Below are positions 1 to 7,948 of a stretch of 36,472 nucleotides of DNA, piece by piece (the first letter of the stretch is position 1; every line of letters starts with the position of its first letter). The stretch lies in the IMG/VR virus record IMGVR_UViG_2700989508_000025, one strand, 5' to 3'. The notes beneath the pieces were generated by a model, which saw only the letters and a list, made by a program, of their open reading frames with translations, was not told where the DNA came from and did no database searches. The stretch comes from a virus. Its lineage: Duplodnaviria > Heunggongvirae > Uroviricota > Caudoviricetes. Both the position numbers and the translations under genes were made by a program.

Positions 1-141
1 TTACTGCTTACACTGTAAGAACGCCGCAAACTCCGCTCCCCAGAAGCTCATCCGTATTTCGCACAGCGAACCGTGCAACATCCAGATGATGAGGATTGCC
101 GTCACGCAGAACGTGATGGCCGTAAGCGATTTTTGCGACAT
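1..141 (-). CDS. Hok/Gef-family-like small membrane toxin (46 aa), candidate type I toxin
   Basis: Minus-strand ORF below the track length cutoff: ATG at 139-141, TAA at 1-3. My translation is MSQKSLTAITFCVTAILIIWMLHGSLCEIRMSFWGAEFAAFLQCKQ: an N-terminal hydrophobic helix followed by C-E-I-R ... E-x-A-A-F, which matches the Hok/Gef pattern as I recall it. Fully overlapped by a longer out-of-frame ORF (8..241), as in mok/hok. Confidence 0.5.
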   Translation of the reverse strand: MSQKSLTAITFCVTAILIIWMLHGSLCEIRMSFWGAEFAAFLQCKQ

Positions 142-241
142 AGCACTTGCTCCTTTTCCGGAGAGGCGCTAACCTTTCACTTGTCAAGGTAATGCGGTTA
201 GGGCCTCGGTTAAACAGAAATGTTTTCCGGGGCCTTTCCAC
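8..241 (-). CDS. mok-like overlapping reading frame covering the hok-like ORF (candidate)
   Basis: 77-aa track ORF in a different frame that starts upstream of and overlaps almost all of the hok-like ORF, the arrangement described for mok/hok. No independent sequence evidence for function. Confidence 0.25.
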   Translation of the reverse strand: MERPRKTFLFNRGPNRITLTSERLAPLRKRSKCYVAKIAYGHHVLRDGNPHHLDVARFAVRNTDELLGSGVCGVLTV

Positions 242-331
242 ATCTGGCCTTCAGGTATTCCCTCCGACCATCAGCCGAAAGGCACCCGCGCGTAATCTAT
301 CTCTTTTTTGTTACTCCGGCAATTCTGCCTG

Positions 332-592
332 TTAATTTTGAGGTAAGGGCAAACTCATCTGATTGTTTCCTTTGTGTGAAGCTGGCAGTTCATGCCACGG
401 GATACCTTCTGAAGAGTGAGCGCCGGAGGCGTGTTTCGATGTGAATTTATGGAAAGCTTCCAGTGTTGAGAAGCATACGCCGCATTCTAGGTTGTTACAT
501 TGGTAATACTTTTGCCGCACAGTGTTTGAATCATTTTCCGGACGACTAGTGCGGATACGGGCAGATGCGCCACAAAGTGGACAACGGAACAT
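332..592 (-). CDS. ogr: Ogr/Delta-family zinc-finger late gene transcriptional activator
   Basis: 86-aa ORF starting MFRCPLCGASARIRTSR...YYQCNNLEC, i.e. a Cys4 finger (CxxC...CxxxxC) like P2 Ogr. Strong SD (AAGGGAGG) sits just upstream of the ATG at 592. Confidence 0.85.
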   Translation of the reverse strand: MFRCPLCGASARIRTSRPENDSNTVRQKYYQCNNLECGVCFSTLEAFHKFTSKHASGAHSSEGIPWHELPASHKGNNQMSLPLPQN

Positions 593-746
593 AGCGACCT
601 CCCTTACTGTGGTGCTTCCTCTATTCTAAGTTGTACTGATACAGATTCCAATTAACAGCTTGTCTTGTGTGAAAAGTGGAAGTTCACAATTGTGATAGCC
701 ATTACTAACGTTGTGATGTATTAGTCAACGGGAAACAAGGCATCTG

Positions 747-768
747 TAACATATCTATGGATATGTTA
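747..768. promoter_or_regulatory. Perfect 9-bp inverted repeat TAACATATC-N4-GATATGTTA in the ogr/hxsD divergent intergenic region (candidate operator)
   Basis: Read directly: arm 747-755 taacatatc, spacer tatg, arm 760-768 gatatgtta. Lies about 35 bp upstream of the hxsD-like start at 803. Confidence 0.4.
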
Positions 769-802
769 TATTATTGTTGCCATAGGAAAAATCCGCTTTA
801 AA

Positions 803-1117
803 GTGGTTGCTGATCATGAATATTTGTATTGGAAGATAATTGCAATGAGCGAAAGAGTGTTTGAGAAAGAACTATATTCTGAATGGGTTATACGCAATAG
901 TCTATATTGGATGACTCCGCTTACTCGATGGAAACTCCATGAAGACGTTTCCCACTGGATAATCTCTTTTGAAAACGATAATCCCAAATTCCTTTATGAA
1001 TTCGATAGGCTGCTTAATGATTACTCTTTGCGAGAAAAGCTACAGCATAAAACAGGGGCGTTGAGAGACTCTATTGTCCATAAAGTGCTTCGCAGTGTTG
1101 ATGAGAGGCTTTCATAA
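803..1117 (+). CDS. Small protein, first gene of the hxs-like operon (HxsD-like candidate)
   Basis: 104-aa ORF whose TAA stop overlaps the ATG of the next gene (1117). No recognisable motif; the assignment is by operon position only. Confidence 0.4.
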   Translation: MVADHEYLYWKIIAMSERVFEKELYSEWVIRNSLYWMTPLTRWKLHEDVSHWIISFENDNPKFLYEFDRLLNDYSLREKLQHKTGALRDSIVHKVLRSVDERLS

Positions 1118-2505
1118 TGGAATTGATGCCATTTAATTTTGACAGATTGCCTAATGGACAGGTGTTTATAAGCAACCTTGCAGGTTTTCATCATTTCATT
1201 GGTGAGCAAGACCTTATTGATCTTTCTGATGAGCGAATTAGTTCGGAGCAATCAAACGTGCTAGAAAGTAAGCTTTTCATAACCAGTGAAAGCTCATCTG
1301 CTATAACTCCCTATGCTTTAAGTTCTGCTTTTGCAAAACGATTGATGAATGAACTGGCTGTCAGGCCAATTTTCATGATTGTACCCACATTACGTTGTGA
1401 CCATACATGCAAGTATTGCCAGGTTAGTAGAGCTTCTGTTAATGCCTCAGGTTACGACCTAAATCCTGAGCTCATCCCCGATATTATTTCGGCTATTAAA
1501 AAACTATCAACGCCACCTTACAAAATAGAGATACAGGGTGGGGAGCCTCTCTTGCGGTTTGATTTAATTCAGAGCATCTATGATCAATGTGCTGAAACGC
1601 TGGGAAGAACCAATTTTGAGATGGTGGTGGCATCAAGTCTGTCCGTCTTGAATGAGGATATGATTGAATGGTCGAGAGACCGGAACATAACGTTCTCTGT
1701 GTCGCTTGATGGTGAGGAAGTTGTTCACAACAGTAATCGAATTCTTGGTCGTGGGCTTGCGTACAGTAGAACAGTGTCAGGGGTAGAGGCTATCAAACAC
1801 TCTTTAGGTGCTGGCCGCGTTGCAACGGTTACTACAGTTACTAAAGAGCTTATCAAACGTCCTGAATCGATTGTTCAGGCTCACTTGTCTCTTGGTCTCA
1901 AGGACATGTTTATCCGACCTGTTAGTCCCTATGGGTTTGCACAAAAAGCTTCTTTCACCTTTTCTATGGACGAATACTTCAGCTTCTATGCCTCGTTGAT
2001 AGATGAAATCCTTAAGATTAATAATGAAGGGATAAGGGTTGTGGAACATTCGGCCTCCATTCATCTGAAAAGGATCTTCAATCCCGGTTTTAGTGGTTAT
2101 GCGGATTTAAAGTCTCCAAGTGGAGTCGTGCTTAACAGTATTCTTTTCAATTATGACGGTCGAGTATATGGTAGCGATGAGAGCCGTATGTTGCAGAAGG
2201 TGAATCCTGAAACGGAGTTCAGTGCGGGTGAAGTTAAGACGCTATCATTTTCTGATAGTCCTTACTATAACGCAGTATTGAGTTCATCGTTCAATTTTGC
2301 TCTGCCAGGTTGTGATACATGTGCATATCAACCATTTTGTGGTTCAGATCCATGCCAGAACATAAGTGTACAGGGTGAGCCTGTCGGTGATAGGAGTCGT
2401 TCAACGTTTTGTCAATATCACAAGGGGATGTTCAGGTATCTGATGAACTGCATCTCAGAGGGTGGTTCGAAGGCTGAGATGCTAAAAGGATGGGCATATG
2501 TCTGA
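1117..2505 (+). CDS. Radical SAM enzyme with C-terminal SPASM-type Cys cluster (HxsB-like maturase candidate)
   Basis: 462 aa. CxxxCxxC motif in LRCDHTCKYCQ, Gly-rich IQGGEPLL, and a C-terminal Cys-rich segment PGCDTCAYQPFCGSDPCQ typical of SPASM domains. Confidence 0.75.
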   Translation: MELMPFNFDRLPNGQVFISNLAGFHHFIGEQDLIDLSDERISSEQSNVLESKLFITSESSSAITPYALSSAFAKRLMNELAVRPIFMIVPTLRCDHTCKYCQVSRASVNASGYDLNPELIPDIISAIKKLSTPPYKIEIQGGEPLLRFDLIQSIYDQCAETLGRTNFEMVVASSLSVLNEDMIEWSRDRNITFSVSLDGEEVVHNSNRILGRGLAYSRTVSGVEAIKHSLGAGRVATVTTVTKELIKRPESIVQAHLSLGLKDMFIRPVSPYGFAQKASFTFSMDEYFSFYASLIDEILKINNEGIRVVEHSASIHLKRIFNPGFSGYADLKSPSGVVLNSILFNYDGRVYGSDESRMLQKVNPETEFSAGEVKTLSFSDSPYYNAVLSSSFNFALPGCDTCAYQPFCGSDPCQNISVQGEPVGDRSRSTFCQYHKGMFRYLMNCISEGGSKAEMLKGWAYV

Positions 2506-3610
2506 GGTTATCAGGAACGATATCTTTCATTTTGCTTCTACAGAGAACGTGCCCACGGGGTTCTATCGGTTATGCAAACAAAAACCAGTGAACCCTTTAT
2601 TCTTTTTGCCCAATTTGCTAGTAGTTGCTGAAGGCAATAATGATGCCATTCCACCATGCTTTGATTTCTCTGTTATTAGCACTGAATTATTTGAGTCAAT
2701 TGAAGATGGAGATATTGGGATAATCAACAATGGCAATATGATACGCGTTATTCTGTCACGCAAAGCCAATCATAATACTGTCTTAGTTACGGAACGCTGC
2801 AATAACTTGTGTCTGTTTTGTTCGCAGCCACCAAAGAAAATAAATGATGACTGGCTACTTACCCAATCAGCTCTTGCTATAGCTTCATTTGGCTTGAACG
2901 GAGTTGTTGGGGTCAGCGGTGGTGAACCTTTGCTATATGGGGATGACTTCCTTCACTTCATTGATTTTATCATCGAGAATTCACCAGATACTGCTTTACA
3001 TGTTTTAACAAACGGACGCAAATTTGCTGATATCAACTTTACACAGGAAATGGCAAAGCGAAGCAAAAAGATCAAAATCACCTTTGGTATCCCGCTCTAC
3101 TCATCAAGACCACTTGTGCATGATCATCTGGTAGGGAGTGATGGCGCATTTAATGAAACGGTTAAAGGGTTAATCAATGCAGGAAACTTGGGGATTAATA
3201 TCGAACTTAGAGTTATTCCTACACTGGCTAACTATACCGAATTGGATGATATTGTAGAATTCGCTGGCCGTGTGTTCTCCAACATCAATCAGATTTCCCT
3301 TATGGGGTTGGAGCCTATCGGTTGGGCACGAAAAAACTGGTCCACCATCTTCATTGATCACAGTAGTTATAGTGAGAAAATAATCTCTGCCATAGACGCT
3401 GCATACAGGTCAGGCATACCTCTGACAATTTTTAATTATCCTTTGTGTTATCTTCCTGAAAGGGCTAGGGAGCTTGCTGTTCAGTCGATCTCTGATTGGA
3501 AAAATTACTATCCAAAAGAATGTGATGAATGTACTCAGAAGCCTTCCTGTGCTGGCTATTTCAGTTCCTCAAAAGGCCGTTTTCATCAATCACCGAGACC
3601 AATTTTATGA
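2498..3610 (+). CDS. Radical SAM enzyme (HxsC-like maturase candidate)
   Basis: 370 aa. CxxxCxxC in TERCNNLCLFCSQ, Gly-rich VSGGEPLL, and C-terminal Cys residues (CDECTQKPSCAGYF). Overlaps the upstream gene by 8 nt and the downstream gene by ATGA. Confidence 0.75.
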   Translation: MSEVIRNDIFHFASTENVPTGFYRLCKQKPVNPLFFLPNLLVVAEGNNDAIPPCFDFSVISTELFESIEDGDIGIINNGNMIRVILSRKANHNTVLVTERCNNLCLFCSQPPKKINDDWLLTQSALAIASFGLNGVVGVSGGEPLLYGDDFLHFIDFIIENSPDTALHVLTNGRKFADINFTQEMAKRSKKIKITFGIPLYSSRPLVHDHLVGSDGAFNETVKGLINAGNLGINIELRVIPTLANYTELDDIVEFAGRVFSNINQISLMGLEPIGWARKNWSTIFIDHSSYSEKIISAIDAAYRSGIPLTIFNYPLCYLPERARELAVQSISDWKNYYPKECDECTQKPSCAGYFSSSKGRFHQSPRPIL

Positions 3611-4242
3611 AAAAGTTTAATTTTGCTGCTCTACTTCCGGGATTTTTGGCTCTCAACAATTCTGTATGGGCAAGCGATTCATCTACAGGAGCGAGTGATT
3701 TACCTGGTATGACTCTTAATGAGCATGATTTAGTGATAGCTCCACTTAACACGGAAGTCCCATTTTATATCGCAGGGCATCGAAGCCATAGCTCTCATAG
3801 GAGCCATAGCTCTCATAGATCCTCATCAGGTGGTGGATACTATGGTGGAAGTACCCCCTATTATCCAAAAACATACAGCTCACCACGTTCATCTGGTTCT
3901 TCAAGTTCAGGTGCAAGTTCCTCATCGTCCTCTTCCTCGGTGCGTGCACTTCGTTCTAACGATAATAATAGAACCACTAACACGAGTTCTGTTGGAACTT
4001 CAGAGGTTAACCGTACGAGTAATGGGCTTGCTTCTGATGCAGAGAAACGTAAGCGATTGATTATGCGAGTTCAGTTCGCATTGCTGGACAGGGGATTTTA
4101 TAACGGAAATATTGACGGCATAATGGGGCCATCCACAAGGCTGTCTGTGAAAAATTACCGCATTGCGAATGGATTACCGATTCCTGCAACTGAAACACTC
4201 GACACTCAATTGTTAAATTCTTTGAATATATTAGCTCGCTAA
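3607..4242 (+). CDS. Secreted His-Xaa-Ser repeat protein with C-terminal peptidoglycan-binding-like domain (HxsA-like precursor candidate)
   Basis: ATG at 3607 overlaps the hxsC-like stop. N-terminal signal-peptide-like MKKFNFAALLPGFLALNNSVWA. Five consecutive H-x-S triplets (HRSHSSHRSHSSHRS), then a Gly/Tyr and Ser-rich low-complexity stretch. The C-terminus (RVQFALLDRGFYNGNIDGIMGPSTRLSVKNYRIANGLPIPATETLD) resembles the PG_binding_1 fold. Confidence 0.7.
   Translation: MKKFNFAALLPGFLALNNSVWASDSSTGASDLPGMTLNEHDLVIAPLNTEVPFYIAGHRSHSSHRSHSSHRSSSGGGYYGGSTPYYPKTYSSPRSSGSSSSGASSSSSSSSVRALRSNDNNRTTNTSSVGTSEVNRTSNGLASDAEKRKRLIMRVQFALLDRGFYNGNIDGIMGPSTRLSVKNYRIANGLPIPATETLDTQLLNSLNILAR
3784..3819 (+). 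repeat. Tandem 18-bp direct repeat (agccatagctctcatag + g, two copies) encoding the His-Xaa-Ser triplets
   Basis: Read directly from the sequence: 3784-3800 and 3802-3818 are identical 17-mers. Confidence 0.8.
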
Positions 4243-4406
4243 ATCTCAGTGAGGTATAAATAAAAAGCAATAAATTATATTAGTCGCGCGTCCATTATTA
4301 GTGGGTAAGATCAAGGACCGTCTGCTCTGTGTTAGGGGCAGATGGTCAGATAAGACTGTGCCGTTTAGCCCGCTAGTACGTGTCTGGACTAATACATTTA
4401 AGAGTC

Positions 4407-5510
4407 TCATTCTGCTATCCATTCCGGGATTTTTGCCTCAAGCTCAAGCTGCGTGGTAAAGCCGCTGTTATCAATGGTGTGCTCGGCTTTCGCAATAATC
4501 CAGTCCTGATTATCAATCTCGCTTTTAAAGCCTGTTACCGTGCCATGCATTTCGGGGTAGAGTTCTGCGCGTCCACGTGCCAGTGTGATGGAGAACGCTG
4601 CGGCTCCGCGTTGTAGCTGCTGCCACTTTGCCGCCGCTGCGCGTCTTGCTGCCTGCTCGTTCTGATAAGTCTTGCGTAACACAAACACATTGCCTTCCGC
4701 GCCTTCCATATAATCACCTTCACGGCTGCTGCTTTTCTCCTTTTTGGGTTTTGGCGGTTTACGGCGTTTCACGCTGACTTTTTTCTTTTTCCCGTAATTA
4801 AGATCAAGCCAGTAGGCGCGTACCCCCGTATACGCCTCGCGGTCAGCAATACGGAACTGATGGCGATCGCCGCTGCTGCGTGTAATGGCGAACGAGGGCA
4901 ACGGCTGGCCCTGTGCGTTCACGCCACCACCTGGCATGATGAATAACAGATTGCCGCTTTTTACTGTGGTGATTGCGCCCAGCATTTCCGCCATGCGCGT
5001 AAGGAAGGACATGTCGCTTTCTTCGGTCTGGTCGGCGTGGTCGATTTCGATATCCATCAGCATTTCGCTGATTTGCGGTTTCAGACCATACCGATGAGCG
5101 ATGGCGGATACCACACGCTCAACGGTCACATCATGCCAGGACACCTCACGTTTAACGTTAAATTCATCCCGAAAATCTGCGCTTCTGGCTGAAACAGTCA
5201 GCCTGTCCGGCGGTCCTTCGTGAGCGATTTCATCAACAATGTAAGTGCCTTTTTCTGTCAGCGGTTCTCCTTTCCAGCCAATGAGAACCGTCAGGCGCGC
5301 GCCCCGTGGCGGTAGCTGCAACTGACCATCCGCATCATCCAGCGTGATGGTGAGCTGGTCCGCTTCAAATCCCCGGTTGTCGGTCAGTGACAGGCTCATC
5401 AGGCGCTCTGCCACGCCTGACAGCGTTTTACCCTCCGCGAGAATATCAAAATCCGGCATTTTCACGGGGTCTGTGCCCTGACTGAGCAATTGCATGGTGG
5501 TGTCGGTCAT
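4407..5510 (-). CDS. D: Tail protein D (late control gene D family)
   Basis: Track ORF 4407..5642 trimmed to the ATG at 5510 (MTDTTMQLL...), which is preceded by GGGAGGG. Similarity to gpD recognised by eye. Carries a Lys/Pro-rich insert (GKKKKVSVKRRKPPKPKKEK). Confidence 0.8.
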   Translation of the reverse strand: MTDTTMQLLSQGTDPVKMPDFDILAEGKTLSGVAERLMSLSLTDNRGFEADQLTITLDDADGQLQLPPRGARLTVLIGWKGEPLTEKGTYIVDEIAHEGPPDRLTVSARSADFRDEFNVKREVSWHDVTVERVVSAIAHRYGLKPQISEMLMDIEIDHADQTEESDMSFLTRMAEMLGAITTVKSGNLLFIMPGGGVNAQGQPLPSFAITRSSGDRHQFRIADREAYTGVRAYWLDLNYGKKKKVSVKRRKPPKPKKEKSSSREGDYMEGAEGNVFVLRKTYQNEQAARRAAAAKWQQLQRGAAAFSITLARGRAELYPEMHGTVTGFKSEIDNQDWIIAKAEHTIDNSGFTTQLELEAKIPEWIAE

Positions 5511-5667
5511 CTGTTCCCTCCCTGTGCGGCATGGTCGCATGTGCGTGCGGAGGGGGTTACTGCTTTTTGTTGTCGCCGTGGCGGGAGAACGGCGCAGGAG
5601 TGAGATTACGCGCGTGGTGGGTGATGATTGTTGCCGAATCATTTAACGGATACAAGGGGCTGAAGCT

Positions 5668-6852
5668 ATGAGTGAAACTCGTTTTCATGGTGCCCGTGTT
5701 ACGGAAAGTACCGACCTGGTAACAGCGATTAATGATGTTGATTCCAGTGTTATCGGTATCGTGGCAACGGCGGATGATGCGGACGCGGAGCTGTTCCCGC
5801 TGAACAAGCCCACACTGCTGACCCGCGTCAATGACGTGCTGGGAAAATGCGGGACAACGGGGACGCTTTATCGTGCGCTTAAGGCCATTGCAGACCAGGT
5901 GAGCACAAAGGTGATCGTCGTTCGCGTGGCTGAACACAAAGAAGAAGACGGAAAGACGCAGGATCAACTGGTTATCGGTGGTTCTGAATCTGACGGCAGC
6001 TATACGGGGATGTATGCGCTGCTTGTTGCAGAGCAGGATGAAAGCATCGGATACCGTCCGCGTATTCTGGCCGCGCCGGAGCTGGATACGGAGGCGGTGA
6101 CAAAATCCCTGTGCGTGATTGCGGGTAAACTGCGCGCGTTTGTGTATGCCTCATGTCATGGCTGTGACACGATGGCTGATGCGATTACCTACCGCCAGAA
6201 ATTCAACGAACGTGAGGTGATGCTCTTATGGCCGGACTTCATCGCCTACAACCCGAAAAGTGGCAAAAACGAAACGTTCCCCGTGCCTGCCTATGCGTGC
6301 GGCCTTCGTGCGTACATTGACCATGAGCAGGGATGGCACAAATCACTCTCCAACGTTCCGGTTAAGAATGTGCTGGGGATGTCGAGGCATGTGTTCTGGT
6401 CGTTGCAGGCCGAAGACAGTGATGCCAACAGCCTCAACAACAAAGAAATCACGACCATTATTCGTCGCAACGGGTTCCGCTTCTGGGGCAACCGCACACC
6501 GGAAACGAACGCCTACATCTTTGAGGTGTATACCCGAACCGCACAGGTGCTGGCTGATTCAATTGCGGAAGCGCAGTTTGAAACCATCGACAGTCCACTG
6601 ACGCCTGCGAACGTGAAAGATGTTATCAGTGCCATCAGGGCAAAACTGGATTCACTGGTTACTGCCGGGAAACTGATTGGGGCGTCGTGCTGGTATGACG
6701 TGGTGGATAACGGCACCACGGATTTACGTCAGGGGCGTGTGCGTATTCGCTACAAATATACGCCCGTTCCGCCACTGGAAGACATGGAGCTTTACCAGAC
6801 GTTTACTGATGAATTCTTTGGTCCCGCATTTGCGGTGCTGGGAGGTGCCTGA
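5668..6852 (+). CDS. FI: Contractile tail sheath protein FI
   Basis: 394 aa, the size of P2 FI (about 396 aa), followed immediately by the tube gene. Sheath-like sequence recognised by eye. Confidence 0.85.
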   Translation: MSETRFHGARVTESTDLVTAINDVDSSVIGIVATADDADAELFPLNKPTLLTRVNDVLGKCGTTGTLYRALKAIADQVSTKVIVVRVAEHKEEDGKTQDQLVIGGSESDGSYTGMYALLVAEQDESIGYRPRILAAPELDTEAVTKSLCVIAGKLRAFVYASCHGCDTMADAITYRQKFNEREVMLLWPDFIAYNPKSGKNETFPVPAYACGLRAYIDHEQGWHKSLSNVPVKNVLGMSRHVFWSLQAEDSDANSLNNKEITTIIRRNGFRFWGNRTPETNAYIFEVYTRTAQVLADSIAEAQFETIDSPLTPANVKDVISAIRAKLDSLVTAGKLIGASCWYDVVDNGTTDLRQGRVRIRYKYTPVPPLEDMELYQTFTDEFFGPAFAVLGGA

Positions 6853-7364
6853 TGGCTGTGCCAAAACATCTTCGCTTTTTTACGCTGTTTGTGGATGGTG
6901 AAAACGAAGTGGGTAAGGTGACGTCCGTCACTCTGCCTAAGCTGACGCGCAAAACCGACAGCTACCGGGGTGGTGGCATGATGGGTGCGGTAAGTATTGA
7001 TCTCGGTCTGGACGACTCCGCGCTTGATGCGAGCTTTGTCATGGGGGGCGCAGTTCGTGAGCTGTTCCTTAAGTATGGCGGCACGATTGACGGCACGCTG
7101 CTGCGTTTTGCGGGTGAATATTACACCGATGCAGAAAGCGACCTGTATGAAGTCGAAATGCGCGGACGTGTGACGGAAATTGATATGGGGGAAGCCAAAC
7201 AGGGCGAAGCCACATCACACACTTACGCCATTAAAAACACCTACTACAAGCTGAGTGTTAACGATCGCCCGTTGTGGGAGATTGACCTGCTGAACTTCAT
7301 TTACCGGAAGGACGGCAAGGACATTGTGCCCGATCGCATCCGTTCCGCGCTCGGGCTTGGCTGA
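6852..7364 (+). CDS. FII: Tail tube protein FII
   Basis: 170 aa, immediately downstream of the sheath gene (ATGA overlap). Size and position match P2 FII. Confidence 0.85.
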   Translation: MAVPKHLRFFTLFVDGENEVGKVTSVTLPKLTRKTDSYRGGGMMGAVSIDLGLDDSALDASFVMGGAVRELFLKYGGTIDGTLLRFAGEYYTDAESDLYEVEMRGRVTEIDMGEAKQGEATSHTYAIKNTYYKLSVNDRPLWEIDLLNFIYRKDGKDIVPDRIRSALGLG

Positions 7365-7418
7365 TAAGTAATATGCAGGCGGCGCAGTGCGTCGCCTCTG
7401 ACTGAAAGGAGTTTCCTG

Positions 7419-7784
7419 ATGAAAGAGACGAAAAACATCGATACCGAAAACACGGTCGTTGCTGACACTGTGAAAGAAACCAGTGAGCGTGGCGTAAAAC
7501 TTACCCAACCAATTGAGCGAGGCGGCGAAAAAATCACGTATGTGGAGATCACCGGAGCTATTGAGCAGGCTGGATCTCTGCGAGATTTGTCGCTGTCTGA
7601 TGTGCTGAATCTGAAAGCGGAATCCATGTTTACGCTGCTGTCACGCGTGACATCACCGCGACTGGATGAAGTGACGATCAAAAAAATGGCATCCCGTGAC
7701 TTTATTCAGTTATGTGTGGTTGCCGTAAATTTTTTGAGCGGTGCGGACTCTGGCGGGAAGAACGAACAGGCGACGGAAGCCTGA
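7419..7784 (+). CDS. E: Tail assembly chaperone E
   Basis: 121 aa, positioned between the tube and tape-measure genes. Contains the T6G slippery site near its 3' end. Confidence 0.75.
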   Translation: MKETKNIDTENTVVADTVKETSERGVKLTQPIERGGEKITYVEITGAIEQAGSLRDLSLSDVLNLKAESMFTLLSRVTSPRLDEVTIKKMASRDFIQLCVVAVNFLSGADSGGKNEQATEA

Positions 7785-7948
7785 TCACGGTTGTGTGCTT
7801 TGAGCACATAGAAGACTTTGTGGCAGATATTGCCGTTATTTTTAACTGGTCGCCCGCCGAAATCTTCATGATGACGCCCGGCGAAGTGGTTAGCTGGCGT
7901 GAGCGGGCGGCACTTCGCAGCGGGAATGCAGACAATGAAGACTCTTGA
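7419..7948 (+). CDS. Tail assembly chaperone E+E' (predicted -1 programmed frameshift product)
   Basis: The E frame (start 7419) and the downstream ORF 7712..7948 are related by a -1 shift. TTTTTTG at 7730-7736 lies in the overlap, as in the P2 E/E' site. Confidence 0.55.
7730..7736 (+). other. Slippery heptamer TTTTTTG (candidate -1 ribosomal frameshift site for E/E')
   Basis: Read directly: T-run 7730-7735, G at 7736, in frame context V-N-F-L of E. Confidence 0.55.

Noticed and set aside
242-331. Phage attachment site or tRNA at the ogr-proximal end
   Set aside because: No tRNA-like structure was recognised and the att core cannot be defined without the second copy, which is outside the window. 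GTAAGGGAG near 598..606 resembles part of the P2 core as I recall it, but it also serves as the ogr ribosome-binding site.
147-444. Plus-strand ORFs 147..335 and 220..444 overlapping the hok/mok-like region and the 3' end of ogr
   Set aside because: No SD, no motifs, and they overlap better-supported minus-strand genes. A Sok-like antisense RNA could exist here, but I cannot define it from sequence alone.
4243-4406. Imperfect palindrome (gaccgtctgc ... gcagatggtc) between convergent hxsA and D as a bidirectional terminator
   Set aside because: The stem has a mismatch, the loop is long and there is no flanking T-tract. Too weak to call.
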